Positions 1 to 11,383 are shown, counted from the stretch's first letter. The stretch is 64,000 bases of DNA from Candidatus Doudnabacteria bacterium (GCA_028286905.1 JAQBQP010000001.1:143114-207113), one strand, 5' to 3'. The notes: a model not told the origin generated them from the letters alone. Translations and numbers: made by a program.

Positions 1-2338
1 GAGAAACCTGAGAGAACGAACCTCTAGCTCCAGAAACTACCATTGAGTTTACAGAACCGTTTGGGTCAACTGAGCTGGTAACATTCTTGGACATTTCTTC
101 CAAAACTTTGCTCCAGATTTCGATAACCTGAGAATATCTTTCGTGTTCAGTTAACAAACCTTCTCTGAAATGCTGATAAGTTGTTTCAACTTCAATATCT
201 GCAGCTGCCAACAATTCTTTCTTGATTTCAGGAATTTTCAAATCATCCATACCCCATGACAAACCAGATTTGGTTGCATAGTTGAACCCGGTTGATTTAA
301 TTCTGTCGATCAATTCAGCAGTCTTGTCGTTACCTAAAAGTTTATGTGCTTCACGAACCAAAGCTTGCAACTTTTTCTTATCAAAAGTTTCATTTCTGTA
401 TCCTAATTCAGGTGGCAAGATCTGGTTAAAGATAACTCTACCAACAGATGTTTCCATTACTTGGCCAAGCATTTTTACTTTGATAATTGCTTTAACGTGA
501 ATATAACCCATGTTGTAAGCAAGCAACGCTTCATCAGGAGATGAGAAGGCCTTACCTTCTCCAAGCATACCTTCACGAGTTTTTGTAATGTAGTAAGAAC
601 CTACCACAACGTCTTTATCTGGAGTCATCACTGGATCGCCGGATGCTGGCTTCAACAAGTTATGAGAAGAGACCATAATTTCTCTAGCTTCTTTTTGGGC
701 AGCATCAGTTAACGGTACGTGGATAGCCATTTGATCTCCGTCGAAGTCGGCATTGAAAGCCGCACAAACCATCGGATGCAATTGGATTGCCTTACCTTCA
801 ATCAAAACTGGTTGGAAGGCTTGGAAACCAAGTCTGTGCAAGGTTGGTGCACGGTTAAGCAAAACGTAATGACCTTGAGTAACTTCTTCTAGGATGTCAT
901 ATACTTCGCTCTTACCTTGTTCGATCAGCTTGTTAGCAGAACGAACGTTGTGCGCGTATTCACGACCAATCAATTTGGAGATAACAAAAGGTTTAAATAA
1001 TTCCAATGCCATTTTCTTAGGCAAACCACATTGATGTAATTTCAAATGTGGACCTACAACGATAACCGAACGACCAGAATAGTCGACACGTTTACCAAGC
1101 AAGTTCTGACGGAAACGGCCTTGCTTACCCTTCAACATGTCTGCAAGAGAACGTAATTTTCTCTTCTGACCAGTCGAAGCTGTAACTTCTTTACCATGAC
1201 GAATAGAGTTGTCGATCAAAGCATCAACTGCTTCTTGCAACATACGCTTTTCGTTTCTAGTGATAACCTCAGGAGCTTTAATTTCCAAAAGTTTCTTCAA
1301 ACGATTGTTTCGGTTGATTACTCTTCTATATAAATCGTTTAAGTCAGAAGCGGCAAAACGTCCACCATCCAACTGAACCATTGGACGTAAATCCGGTGGG
1401 ATAACTGGAAGATAGCTAATCAGTGTCCACTCTGGTCTTAGCCCAGCAGTGATCATTGACTTAACTAATTTCAAGCGCTTTAACATTTTGCGACGAGCCA
1501 TACCATCAGTTTCAACAAGTTCAGAATCCAACTGACGAGCAAGCTCTTCCATGTTTATATCTTCAAGCAAGCCCTTAACAGCTTCTGCACCGATTCCAGC
1601 TACGAATACTGGGCCATACTTCAAAGAAAGATCTCGGTATTCTAATTCAGAAATGATTTGCATCTTCTTGATAGTTTTCAATTCTGAACGAGCTTGATCT
1701 CGAATTGCATCTAAGTTTTCAGCTTCTTTTTTCCAAGCTTCCTGAAGACGAGTTACTTCGGCATCAATACCGGCAGCAACTAATTCTGCATCTTTCTTGG
1801 AATCTTTAAACTGCTTCGCTTTAGAAATCAAAGCTTCATACTTTGCTTCGATCTCTTTCTTCTTCATTTTAAATTCAGATTCGATTTGTTCTAAGGTGTT
1901 GTTTCTAGATTCTTCGTTTACATTAGTAATAATATAAGCGGCGAAGTAGAAAACTTTTTCCAAGTCCTGCACGGAAAGGTTCAAAATTGAACCGATTCTG
2001 GAAGGAACGCCGCGCAAGAACCAAATGTGCGCAACTGGAACAGCAAGCTTGATGTGACCCATGCGTTCACGGCGAACCGCAGCGCGAGTTACTTCAACTC
2101 CACACTTATCACAGACAATACCCTTATAACGAATTCTCTTGTACTTACCGCAATAACATTCCCAATCCTTAATCGGACCGAAAATCTTTTCATCAAACAA
2201 TCCGTCTTTTTCAGGACGTTGAGTACGGTAGTTGATAGTTTCAGGCTTCGTAACTTCTCCGTGTGACCATCCTAAGATAGTGTCGGGGCTAGCAAGCTTG
2301 ATCCTTACTCCTTTAAATTCATCTGATTGAGTGAACAT
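1..2338 (-). CDS. rpoC: RNA polymerase beta' subunit (runs off the left edge)
   Basis: Manual translation from ATG at 2338: [45 protein letters not shown], plus NADFDGDQM near 730-756; follows rpoB. Confidence 0.98.
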   Translation of the reverse strand, partial: MFTQSDEFKGVRIKLASPDTILGWSHGEVTKPETINYRTQRPEKDGLFDEKIFGPIKDWECYCGKYKRIRYKGIVCDKCGVEVTRAAVRRERMGHIKLAVPVAHIWFLRGVPSRIGSILNLSVQDLEKVFYFAAYIITNVNEESRNNTLEQIESEFKMKKKEIEAKYEALISKAKQFKDSKKDAELVAAGIDAEVTRLQEAWKKEAENLDAIRDQARSELKTIKKMQIISELEYRDLSLKYGPVFVAGIGAEAVKGLLEDINMEELARQLDSELVETDGMARRKMLKRLKLVKSMITAGLRPEWTLISYLPVIPPDLRPMVQLDGGRFAASDLNDLYRRVINRNNRLKKLLEIKAPEVITRNEKRMLQEAVDALIDNSIRHGKEVTASTGQKRKLRSLADMLKGKQGRFRQNLLGKRVDYSGRSVIVVGPHLKLHQCGLPKKMALELFKPFVISKLIGREYAHNVRSANKLIEQGKSEVYDILEEVTQGHYVLLNRAPTLHRLGFQAFQPVLIEGKAIQLHPMVCAAFNADFDGDQMAIHVPLTDAAQKEAREIMVSSHNLLKPASGDPVMTPDKDVVVGSYYITKTREGMLGEGKAFSSPDEALLAYNMGYIHVKAIIKVKMLGQVMETSVGRVIFNQILPPELGYRNETFDKKKLQALVREAHKLLGNDKTAELIDRIKSTGFNYATKSGLSWGMDDLKIPEIKKELLAAADIEVETTYQHFREGLLTEHERYSQVIEIWSKVLEEMSKNVTSSVDPNGSVNSMVVSGARGSFSQVS

Positions 2339-2371
2339 AAATATATACTTTGTTAGTGGTTGAAAGGTGGT

Positions 2372-2415
2372 AAGGTCAGACCTTCTCTAATTAATACCGT
2401 GGAAGGTCAGACCTT
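2372..2415. repeat. Two copies of the 13-bp palindrome AAGGTCAGACCTT
   Basis: Exact copies at 2372-2384 and 2403-2415 in the rpoB-rpoC spacer. Confidence 0.85.
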
Positions 2416-2428
2416 TTATGCTAGTAAG

Positions 2429-5400
2429 TTACTTCTTACTTTTAGCCTTTTTCTTGTCTGCGACCTTTTCTTCTTCTAGTTCAAAGTTCAAACCTTTTTC
2501 ACTTTCTTGAGTTGCGATCATTGCGGCTGCTTCTGCCGGTTCTTTGATTTCAGAATCATCTTCGATTACGCCTTGTGCACCGAGCAAATCTACTTCAAGA
2601 CATAGGGACTGCAATTCTTTTACCAACACGCGGAATGATTCAGGAATGTTTGGCTTCTTGATTGGCTCCCCTTTTACAATCGCTTCATAGGTCTTGCTTC
2701 GACCAACCACATCGTCGGATTTAATTGTAATCATTTCCTGCAAAGTGTGCGCCGCGCCGTAACCTTCAAGCGCCCATACTTCCATTTCTCCGAATCTCTG
2801 TCCACCAAATTGAGCTTTACCACCCAAAGGCTGTTGTGTAATTAAGGAGTACGGACCAGTTGAACGAGCATGCATCTTATCGTCTACCAAATGGTGCAGT
2901 TTCAACATGTAAGTGTAACCAACGGTTACTCTTTCATCAAACTTTTCCCCGCTCTTACCATCGTAGATATCTACTTTACCGTCTTCTGGGAAACCAGCTT
3001 TTTTCAATTCTTCTTTAATCTGTTCTTCTGTAATACCGTCTAGTACTGGAGTAGCTACTTTGTAACCAAGCGTACCGGCAGCTAAACCTAAATGGGTTTC
3101 CAAAATCTGTCCTAGGTTCATACGGGAAGCCACACCCAGCGGATTCAAAATAATATCTACTGGCGTACCGTCTTTCAAATGCGGCATGTCTTCTAGTGGC
3201 ACAACTTTTGAAACGACACCTTTGTTACCATGACGACCAGCCATCTTGTCTCCAACCTGGATCTTTCTCAATACCGCTACAGAAACTTGGATTGATCGGA
3301 TTACACCGCTTGGCAATTTGTCGCCGTTTTCTCTGCTGAACTCTCGGATGTTTACAACCTTACCGTACTCGCCGTGCGGCAATACTAACGAAGTGTCTTT
3401 TACATCACGAGATTTTTCACCGAAGATAACACGCAACAATTTTTCTTCAGCAGTTAAATCAGTCTCACCTTTTGGAGTAATTTTTCCAACCAAGATGTCA
3501 CCAGCTTTAACCTGAGCACCAATACGGATTACACCGGATTCGTTTAAGTCTTTAAGTTTTTCATCACCAACGTTTGGAATATCGCGAGTTACGATTTCAG
3601 GTCCAAGCTTGGTATCACGAACATCGATTTTAAAATCTTCAATGTGAATAGAAGAGTAACGATCTTCTTTAACAACTCTTTCAGAAAGAATAATCGCGTC
3701 CTCATAGTTGTAACCATGCCAAGACATGAAAGCTACTAAAACGTTTTGACCAAGAGCCAACTCGCCGCCTTCAGTAGAAGCACCATCGGCAAGCACATCA
3801 CCCTTGCGAACCTTTGTGCCTTTAGTTGCACGAACCATTTGGTTGATTGCAGTACCCGAGTTTGTTCTTACGAATTTTAATAATTCATGAACAACTTTTT
3901 TACCGGTTTTTTCTTCTTCAACAGTAACCTTCTCGCCGTTAACAGCGATAACTTCACCGTCTACTTCAGAAAGAACTACCTGACCAGAGTCATAAGCAGC
4001 TTTTCTCTCCATACCAGTTCCAACGATTGGCGCTTGTGGGCGGATTGTAGAAACAGCCTGACGTTGCATGTTCGATCCCATCAGCGCACGGTTTGCATCG
4101 TCATGTTCCAAGAAAGGAATCAACGATGTTGTAACCGAAATAATTTGCTTTGGGGAAACGTCCATGTAGTCGATGTCATTTGTGTCAGAAATAGAAGGAG
4201 TGCCGTGAACACGAACAGAAGCTCTCTTCTCTGCGAATCTTCCATCAGCATCCAAAGCTGTGTTTGCTGGAGCGATAGTAAGTTTTTCTTCTTCGTAAGC
4301 ATCAAGGTATTCAATTTCTGCAGTTGCAACTGGCTTGATTCTTACTGTCTCTTCACCAGACTTAGCCATGGCTTTAGCCATTTCTGCAGTAATTTTCTCG
4401 CCTTCTAAATTGTATTCACCAATTGCTTCTTTACCATCGTTCTTAACAGAATTTTTTAGTTTTCTGTAAGGGGTTTCAATAAAACCAAAGTCGTTAATCT
4501 TTGCGTAAGTAGCCAAATGGGCAACCAAACCAATGTTTGGTCCTTCAGGAGTTGTAATCGGACATAGTCTGCCGTAGTGAGAACGATGCACGTCGCGAAC
4601 TTCGAAACCAGCGCGTTCACGGGACAAACCACCGGGACCCATCGCTGATAATCTGCGCTTGTGTTCAAGTTCTGCCAAAGGATTTGTTTGGTCCATGAAC
4701 TGTGATAATTGAGATGAAGAAAAGAATTCTTGCATTGAAGCAACAATTGGACGAACGTGAATTAACTGAGCAGGAGTAACTGTGTCTAAATCTGCTAAGC
4801 TCATGCGATCTTTTGCAATTCTTGCCATACGGGCAAGACCAACGCGGAATCTAGTTTGGATCAACTCACCTACTGAACGAATTCTGCGGTTTGCCAAATG
4901 GTCAATATCGTCTGCTTGGTCTTGAGTATTATTCAAACGAATAATCTCGCGAACAGTTGCAATCAAATCCTCTTTTCTTAAAATGTGTTCTGGATTTACA
5001 CCTAGTGCTAATCTTTGATCCAACTTGTAACGACCAACTTCAGATAAATCATAACGATCAAAGTTAAAGAACATCGCAGAAATTAAGCTCTTCGCATTAT
5101 CTACTGTTGCTAAATCACCAGGGCGAATTCTTTTGTAAACTTCTTTGAAACCTTCGTCAGCGTTCTTTGACGGATCTTTTTCTAAAGTAGTTGCAATATA
5201 TTTTGTATCAGGATCAGTATCGATATCCGCAAAGGCAGCTAATATTTCTTCATCAGAAGACAAACCAAAGACGCGCAACAATGCGGTAATTGGGATTCTG
5301 CGCTTTCTATCGATCTTAACTCCAATTACTCCAGCGGCATCAGTATCTAATTCCAACCATGCGCCACGGTTTGGAATAACTTTTGCGCCGTAATAATTTT

Positions 5401-5875
5401 TCCCTCTAGCAGGTTCTGCTGTGAAGAAAACTCCGGGAGACTTTATTAACTGTGAGACAACAACACGCTCCACACCATTAATTACGAATGTCGCGCGTGG
5501 TGTCATCAATGGAAAATCACCAAAATAAACATCTTGGGTCTTAGTTTTTCCAGTAATTTTGTTTACTAACTTTACGCTGCAGTACAATGGTGCTTCGTAA
5601 GTAGTATTTCTTTCTCTTGCGGTCTTCTCGTCATACTTTGGTTTGTCCAAGAAGTAATCGCCAAAAAACATTTCCAGGTTTTTGCCTGTGAAATCTTTGA
5701 TCGGAGTAATTTCTGTTAACAACTCCTTCAAACCTTTTTCAAAGAACCACTTATATGAGTTCAGCTGAGACTCAATAAGATGAGGAACTCCGGTAACCTC
5801 GCGCAAAGTTGTAAAAAACTTTCTAGGATTCTCCGCAGTTCTCGCAGAAACTAACAAACTTCCTTTTTTTGACAT
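2429..5875 (-). CDS. rpoB: RNA polymerase beta subunit
   Basis: [31 protein letters not shown] motifs. Confidence 0.99.
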   Translation of the reverse strand: MSKKGSLLVSARTAENPRKFFTTLREVTGVPHLIESQLNSYKWFFEKGLKELLTEITPIKDFTGKNLEMFFGDYFLDKPKYDEKTARERNTTYEAPLYCSVKLVNKITGKTKTQDVYFGDFPLMTPRATFVINGVERVVVSQLIKSPGVFFTAEPARGKNYYGAKVIPNRGAWLELDTDAAGVIGVKIDRKRRIPITALLRVFGLSSDEEILAAFADIDTDPDTKYIATTLEKDPSKNADEGFKEVYKRIRPGDLATVDNAKSLISAMFFNFDRYDLSEVGRYKLDQRLALGVNPEHILRKEDLIATVREIIRLNNTQDQADDIDHLANRRIRSVGELIQTRFRVGLARMARIAKDRMSLADLDTVTPAQLIHVRPIVASMQEFFSSSQLSQFMDQTNPLAELEHKRRLSAMGPGGLSRERAGFEVRDVHRSHYGRLCPITTPEGPNIGLVAHLATYAKINDFGFIETPYRKLKNSVKNDGKEAIGEYNLEGEKITAEMAKAMAKSGEETVRIKPVATAEIEYLDAYEEEKLTIAPANTALDADGRFAEKRASVRVHGTPSISDTNDIDYMDVSPKQIISVTTSLIPFLEHDDANRALMGSNMQRQAVSTIRPQAPIVGTGMERKAAYDSGQVVLSEVDGEVIAVNGEKVTVEEEKTGKKVVHELLKFVRTNSGTAINQMVRATKGTKVRKGDVLADGASTEGGELALGQNVLVAFMSWHGYNYEDAIILSERVVKEDRYSSIHIEDFKIDVRDTKLGPEIVTRDIPNVGDEKLKDLNESGVIRIGAQVKAGDILVGKITPKGETDLTAEEKLLRVIFGEKSRDVKDTSLVLPHGEYGKVVNIREFSRENGDKLPSGVIRSIQVSVAVLRKIQVGDKMAGRHGNKGVVSKVVPLEDMPHLKDGTPVDIILNPLGVASRMNLGQILETHLGLAAGTLGYKVATPVLDGITEEQIKEELKKAGFPEDGKVDIYDGKSGEKFDERVTVGYTYMLKLHHLVDDKMHARSTGPYSLITQQPLGGKAQFGGQRFGEMEVWALEGYGAAHTLQEMITIKSDDVVGRSKTYEAIVKGEPIKKPNIPESFRVLVKELQSLCLEVDLLGAQGVIEDDSEIKEPAEAAAMIATQESEKGLNFELEEEKVADKKKAKSKK

Positions 5876-5952
5876 AAAAAATCTCCATTTTAGAGAACGC
5901 TAAAATGGACCTTTCGTTAGGCTTAAAAAATTGGGCGAAAATGCATATGTCA

Positions 5953-5980
5953 ATCATAACATTTTGGGGGGCCTTGTCAA
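5953..5980 (-). promoter_or_regulatory. Sigma70-type rpoB promoter
   Basis: TTGACA-16 nt-TATGAT with extended TG on the minus strand. Confidence 0.7.
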
Positions 5981-6213
5981 CTCTTCAGTTAAACCAGCTT
6001 TGTCAAGAATTTTGTCATTGATGGCTTAAATAAGCCATTTTTTTTAAAACTTTACCACATCAACTCCACACGATATCCCCAGAAGATTATCCCCAAACAG
6101 AAAATGCAAAAAACACCTCCAAATTCTGTCATTACACCCTATAAAATCTCCTGGGTCAACTTTTATACACAACCAATGTTGTATTTAGAGAACAGTTTGC
6201 ATATACTTTTAGT

Positions 6214-7137
6214 ATGCAAATTACAGAAAAGGTTATTATCGTTTCAAATTTAAATAAGAAGTATAAAGATTTTGAGGCAGTTAAAGGAATTAGTTTCGAA
6301 GTTAACAAAGGTGAGGTTTTTGGAATTTTAGGCCCAAACGGCGCTGGAAAAACCACGACCCTAGAGATAATTGAGGGTTTGAAAAAACAAACCTCAGGAA
6401 CTATTCAGGTTTTGGGCTTAGACAATCTCAAATCCGACAAAGAAATTAAGAAAAGAATTGGAGTTCAGCTACAAAGCAGCGAATATCTTAATTATTTAAC
6501 ACTTGGTGAACAAATTAAGCTATTTGGCAGTTTATATGGGGTAAAAGCTGATCCGATTGCTACTCTAAAGAAGGTTAATCTAGAAGATAAGGTGAATAAC
6601 GAAGTAAAAGAGCTTTCTGGCGGACAGAAACAACGTTTTACCATTGCCACTGCGCTAGTGCATACCCCAGAAATCCTCTTTTTAGATGAACCAACCACCG
6701 GCTTAGACCCCCAAGCGCGCAGAGATATGTGGAATTTAATAAAGGAATTAAACCTTCAAGGTATAACCATAGTTATCACTACGCATTACATGGAAGAAGC
6801 CGAATATTTATGCAATCGGGTAGCAATAATGGATTCTGGAAAAATTTTGCAATTAGACAGCCCCCAAGGCTTAATTCAATCCCTCTCTAAGGTTTATAAA
6901 CTTAGTTTTTTTGTTAACAAGCCTTTGGATAAAGAATTTTTCAATTCTTTTGGAACACTGAAAGTCTATAATGAGTTTCCTAAAATTATTATTGAGCTCG
7001 AAAATATTGAACTGTTGCCACAAATCATTCAGAAACTTAAAGATCAAGGCATCGATTATAAGTTTTTGAACCTTAAAACTGCAACTCTTGAAGACGTTTA
7101 CTTACACTTAACCGGCCGCGAATACCAGGAACAATAA
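6214..7137 (+). CDS. ABC transporter ATP-binding protein (ABC-2/DrrA type)
   Basis: GPNGAGKTT, LSGGQKQR, LFLDEPT motifs. Confidence 0.95.
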   Translation: MQITEKVIIVSNLNKKYKDFEAVKGISFEVNKGEVFGILGPNGAGKTTTLEIIEGLKKQTSGTIQVLGLDNLKSDKEIKKRIGVQLQSSEYLNYLTLGEQIKLFGSLYGVKADPIATLKKVNLEDKVNNEVKELSGGQKQRFTIATALVHTPEILFLDEPTTGLDPQARRDMWNLIKELNLQGITIVITTHYMEEAEYLCNRVAIMDSGKILQLDSPQGLIQSLSKVYKLSFFVNKPLDKEFFNSFGTLKVYNEFPKIIIELENIELLPQIIQKLKDQGIDYKFLNLKTATLEDVYLHLTGREYQEQ

Positions 7138-7140
7138 ACT

Positions 7141-7878
7141 ATGTCTTTTTACCATCTTTTTATAACCAACATCCGTTTACTCTACCGCAACTGGCGTGGG
7201 TTGTTTTTTAATTTATTCCTGCCAATAGTTTTATATGTAGCCATTAGCAAGGTTGCAGGCAACGGATCCGGCAGTAGCAATTATGCAGATTTCCTTTTAC
7301 CGGGAATTATTGCAATGACTATTATGCAAACCGGCATATTCAGTTTGGCCTATTATTTAGTAGATCTGAAGTCGCGGGGCGTACTAAAACGTTTCTTTGT
7401 GACCCCTCTCTCCACCGCTGAACTTACAGGCTCTCTAATTTTATCTAGACTAGTTTTAATGGCAATTCAGATTGCAATTTTGGTGGGAATTGGGAAAATT
7501 TATTTCGGTGCACACGTAAACGGCAGTGTTTTGGCAATTATTCTACTGATGGTTCTTGGAGGCGGTGTATTCTTGGGATTGGGCTTCCTAATATCTAGTT
7601 TAGCGAATACCTATGACGAAGCGGCTCCAATGACCACCTTACTAAATTTGATTTTCACCTTCTTAGGAAATATTTTCTTTCCAAGCAGTGTTTTACCAAA
7701 AGCTTTTCAGGCGATTGGCAGTAAGCTTCCAGTAACATACCTTGCCGAGGGCATGCGCCATAACTTTATTGAACAATGGTCCTTGAAGCAAACTTTACCG
7801 GATTTTCTTGGGTTGGCCATCTGGCTGGTAATAATCCTTGCCGCGACAACCTACACCTTTAGACTAAAGAAGGAATAG
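7141..7878 (+). CDS. ABC-2 type permease
   Basis: About six hydrophobic segments, LLPGIIAM; adjacent to the ATPase. Confidence 0.9.
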   Translation: MSFYHLFITNIRLLYRNWRGLFFNLFLPIVLYVAISKVAGNGSGSSNYADFLLPGIIAMTIMQTGIFSLAYYLVDLKSRGVLKRFFVTPLSTAELTGSLILSRLVLMAIQIAILVGIGKIYFGAHVNGSVLAIILLMVLGGGVFLGLGFLISSLANTYDEAAPMTTLLNLIFTFLGNIFFPSSVLPKAFQAIGSKLPVTYLAEGMRHNFIEQWSLKQTLPDFLGLAIWLVIILAATTYTFRLKKE

Positions 7879-7913
7879 GCATGAGTCGTCCGCTTCGCTT
7901 CGACATAAATCTA

Positions 7914-7946
7914 AAAAAACCTCGATCAATTGATCGAGGTTTTTTT
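7914..7946. terminator. Bidirectional intrinsic terminator
   Basis: AAAAAAACCTCGATCAATTGATCGAGGTTTTTTT palindrome between convergent genes. Confidence 0.8.
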
Positions 7947-8333
7947 CTTTATTGTGATATTTGGCTCAGCCCCATAAGCCGGATCAAAATCTGCACCTAC
8001 CTTTTTAAGCTTCATTTTTTCTAATTGGCTGAGGTCTTCTGGCAAACGATCCTTTTCGACAGCATATAAAGGAATGTTCTTTGCAAATGAAAAAGCCAAA
8101 CCGATCGTGACACCGACTCGAATTCCAGTAAAAGACCCCGGGCCTGAAACAACAATAATCTTTTCAATCTGGTTCAGTTTAACTTTCGAAGTTTTTAAAA
8201 ACTTCTCTAAATAACCTAGGGTTTTTTCGGTTTCAGGATAAGTTATCTTAATTTTCCTTGCCCTGGTTTTTAAATTGTTAATCAAAGCAAAATGGATTTG
8301 ATTATATCCCGCGCTGTCTATAAGTAATATCAT
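7926..8333 (-). CDS. tsaB: t6A biosynthesis protein TsaB (short form)
   Basis: LLIDSA and GPGSFTGIRVG motifs. Confidence 0.9.
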   Translation of the reverse strand: MILLIDSAGYNQIHFALINNLKTRARKIKITYPETEKTLGYLEKFLKTSKVKLNQIEKIIVVSGPGSFTGIRVGVTIGLAFSFAKNIPLYAVEKDRLPEDLSQLEKMKLKKVGADFDPAYGAEPNITIKKKTSIN

Positions 8334-9565
8334 AAAGCCTGTTCAATTACTTTTTTCTCATCCCATTCGATTCGTTGATTCCCGGGTAAAATCAAGAATT
8401 GCTCGGAGCCTTTTCCGGTTATCAAAACTATATCGTTCGATTGAGCTATTTGAAGAGCTCTTTTGATTGCATCCTTACGATCTAATATCACAATTATTTC
8501 TGAAACTTTTTTGTGTTCGGACTGCTTTATCCCTGACATTATATCTTCGACAATCTTAACCGGATCCGAGTCGTAAACATCGTCGTTAGTAATGATAATC
8601 TTATCGCTATATGCTGCTGAGATCTTCCCAAATTCAAAACGCTTGGCGACATCCCGATGTCCTCCAGTTGAACCAAAAACATGAATAATTTTTTTGTGCT
8701 CGATCAGTGAAATCGCTTTCAAAACGTTTTCCATTGCGACCGGTTCTGGAGCATAATCCAAAAATATTTTTAGCCCTTTGTCATTTGCTATCGATTGCAT
8801 TCGACCTGGAATCTCGCTAACTGCAGCTAAAGCATTTTTATGGATTTCAAGGTCAGTGACCCCTAGCGCTTCAGCGATGGACATTGCCATGATTGCATTA
8901 TTTTTATTAAAATCACCAACTAAATTTATTTTAACTTCTCGGTCTAAATTAATTTCAATTTTCTGATCGGCTTTGAAGCTTAGGAAGTATTCTTTATTAG
9001 CATCAGCTGCATTTACTAAAATTACTTTGGTTTTAAAAAATGGTTTTACGTAAGATTGCTCCAAAGCGGCGAAGAGCTTACCTTTTGCCTTTTTGTAATT
9101 TTCAAAGCCGCCGTGAGAATCTAAATGCGCTTCGGCAAGATTTGTAACCACAGCAAGGTCAAAATCTATTCCAGCATGTCGATTCTGTGCCAAACCTTCA
9201 GAGGTACATTCGATGATCGCATATTTACAATCGTTCTGTAGCATTTGTTTCAATTCTTTTTGCAGAAGGAATCGGCCTGGCATACTCATACCATGTTTAT
9301 TAAGAACATCGTTGCGTCCATCAAAAAAATTCACAGTAGTAATGTATCCGGTTTTTTTGCCGGCGGCATTTAAGATGCTTGCTAAAAACCTGGTAGTGGT
9401 CGACTTTCCGGCGGTACCAGTAATACCAACCACGATTAGCTTGCGTGAAGGAAAACCATAAATCACAGCACCAAGATATGCTAAAAATCCATGACCAACC
9501 GGCCGAATTCTTTTAACAAACTCTTCGGGCAATATTTTTTTTAATAAATTTAAGAATGTCTGCAT
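8330..9565 (-). CDS. murE: UDP-MurNAc-tripeptide synthetase (MurE family)
   Basis: GITGTAGKSTT, ECTSEGLAQNR, TNLAEAHLDSHG, PGRMQ, GKGSE. Confidence 0.88.
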   Translation of the reverse strand: MQTFLNLLKKILPEEFVKRIRPVGHGFLAYLGAVIYGFPSRKLIVVGITGTAGKSTTTRFLASILNAAGKKTGYITTVNFFDGRNDVLNKHGMSMPGRFLLQKELKQMLQNDCKYAIIECTSEGLAQNRHAGIDFDLAVVTNLAEAHLDSHGGFENYKKAKGKLFAALEQSYVKPFFKTKVILVNAADANKEYFLSFKADQKIEINLDREVKINLVGDFNKNNAIMAMSIAEALGVTDLEIHKNALAAVSEIPGRMQSIANDKGLKIFLDYAPEPVAMENVLKAISLIEHKKIIHVFGSTGGHRDVAKRFEFGKISAAYSDKIIITNDDVYDSDPVKIVEDIMSGIKQSEHKKVSEIIVILDRKDAIKRALQIAQSNDIVLITGKGSEQFLILPGNQRIEWDEKKVIEQAL

Positions 9566-10566
9566 TATTTTAATTTTCTGTTTAATGCCCTTAAAAGCTT
9601 ATAAACATGATACCAGCTATGATTATAAACATAATCGTAAGTACCAATGCTCGAATGCTCTACTCCGCCAAAGCCGGCTTTAAACTTACTAAAACCGTGC
9701 CATGGATGCTTCGGGTCACTTTCGTAACCCCACAAATCATACTGAGTATATCCAAAAGCTTTGGCATCTAGAATGGCTTGCCAATGCAGCGCATATGGCG
9801 CCATCAAATTTCGTTTTATATCGGAAGAGCCGCCGAACAGATAAATCATCAGATTATTTACCAGTCCATGCTCAGTGTAAATCATTAAGTTTGCAGCTAA
9901 GATATCGCCTTCATGCCAAGCGGTGTACAGCTTAGCAGTAACTCCTAATTGTGATTGCGCGAAAAATTGCAGGATCTTTTGATAATATTGTTCTTGGAAT
10001 GCTTTTATTTTTTGACGCTTTGCTGTGTCCAGGAAAAGCTTACCTGCTTCGCCCAACTCGTTCTGTATCCGAACCTGAACATTATGCTTCTTAGCGACCT
10101 TAATGTTATAGCGAGTTTTTGGATGCATTCCTTTTAGAATATCTTCTTCGGATTTACTTATATCTAAAATTAATGTTCGGTGCGGATTTAGATCAGCACT
10201 TTTAACAAATTCACTGCTCTTTAAATAAGCTAGCTTTTGCTGAAATTCAAAACGAATAAATAAGAGTTCTGGGTATTTTTTCTTTAGCTCTTTGGCGAAG
10301 AAAATAAAATGTTCTTCAAACTTGTGCTCATCGGAAAGCACTGGACCATACGGCAAAAATAAATAAGCGTGCTTTCCTTGCTTACTCAAAATCGCTTGGG
10401 CAACGAAAGAAAAAGTTTTAAATTCTTCAATTGCAAAACGTCGAACATCTTTACCAACACTTTTTTGAAAATCTCCCCAAGCCCAACTTTGCAAAAAGCT
10501 GCCCTTGGAATTTACCAGGCGCTGATATTGCTCACGGTCTTCTGCTGTTAGTTCTAGTAATTGCAT
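9565..10566 (-). CDS. FemAB/FemX family peptidyltransferase
   Basis: FLQSWAWGDF, KTRYNIKVAKK, YDLWG, FKAGFGG. Confidence 0.92.
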   Translation of the reverse strand: MQLLELTAEDREQYQRLVNSKGSFLQSWAWGDFQKSVGKDVRRFAIEEFKTFSFVAQAILSKQGKHAYLFLPYGPVLSDEHKFEEHFIFFAKELKKKYPELLFIRFEFQQKLAYLKSSEFVKSADLNPHRTLILDISKSEEDILKGMHPKTRYNIKVAKKHNVQVRIQNELGEAGKLFLDTAKRQKIKAFQEQYYQKILQFFAQSQLGVTAKLYTAWHEGDILAANLMIYTEHGLVNNLMIYLFGGSSDIKRNLMAPYALHWQAILDAKAFGYTQYDLWGYESDPKHPWHGFSKFKAGFGGVEHSSIGTYDYVYNHSWYHVYKLLRALNRKLK

Positions 10567-11126
10567 TATTTGCTAAGATGCTTTAAGGCTTGTCTGAGTT
10601 TTTCTTCCGAAGTTAAGCTGTGATCAATTTTTGATAATACTTCTTTGATCTCGCGGGTTGAATAGCCTAAGCCTTCTAAGGCCGTAAGGATATCGTCGGA
10701 GCCGCCGCCAACAAAGCTGCCGCCAGAAATTGAACCAAGTTTTTCTTTTAGTTCCATAATAATTCGTTCCGCGGTTTTTTTGCCAACTCCACCAACCTTA
10801 GTAAATACCGCGACGTCTTGAGAAATAATCGCATTCCGAACTAAATCAATATCCCCCGCTGAAAGCACAGACATCGCCATTTTTGGTCCAACCCCGGAAA
10901 CGGTAATTAAAAGCTCAAAGAAATTCAATTCTGAAATCGTTTGGAACCCATACAAATTCAAAGCATCCTCGCGTACTTGTAAGTAAGTATGTACTTCTAT
11001 CTCAGAGTTAAGAGGTAACTCCAAGATCTTTGGAGTAGCCATAATTCGATAACCAATACCATTGTTTTCTAACAATAGTTGATTTTCGGTTTTTCCAATA
11101 ATTTTTCCTTTGATGTATCCGATCAT
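10566..11126 (-). CDS. ruvA: Holliday junction branch migration protein RuvA
   Basis: MIGYIKG, VREDALNLYGF, VSGVGPKMA, GVGKKTAERI. Confidence 0.97.
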   Translation of the reverse strand: MIGYIKGKIIGKTENQLLLENNGIGYRIMATPKILELPLNSEIEVHTYLQVREDALNLYGFQTISELNFFELLITVSGVGPKMAMSVLSAGDIDLVRNAIISQDVAVFTKVGGVGKKTAERIIMELKEKLGSISGGSFVGGGSDDILTALEGLGYSTREIKEVLSKIDHSLTSEEKLRQALKHLSK

Positions 11127-11197
11127 ATCTAGATTATAAAAGAAAACGAGACCCCTTGATAGAGGCCCCGCGGTTTTCTTTGGCTTTCGCCCTCCTT

Positions 11198-11383
11198 CTA
11201 CAGCTGACTTATCCGATCTTCGTCGAGTTCGGTTTCAGACTCGGCGCCTTCACCTTGCTCGATTCCGTGCGGTGGCTCCGAGACCTGTGGAGCGTTGCTG
11301 GATCGGTTATGCACCGTTCCAAGGTCGATAATGTTCGTTCCCGGCATGCTCTTCCAACGCTGGTCCTCCCCGATCCTGTCCAT
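11198..11383 (-). CDS. Small acidic orphan protein (61 aa) in a GC-richer islet
   Basis: SD AGGAG before ATG at 11383; TTGACT-18-TAAAAT upstream; GU-containing hairpin plus U tract at ~11140-11180. Confidence 0.6.
   Translation of the reverse strand: MDRIGEDQRWKSMPGTNIIDLGTVHNRSSNAPQVSEPPHGIEQGEGAESETELDEDRISQL

Noticed and set aside
1660-1920. Coiled-coil insertion in RpoC
   Set aside because: Resembles the known lineage-specific beta' insertion (as in Actinobacteria), so not novel
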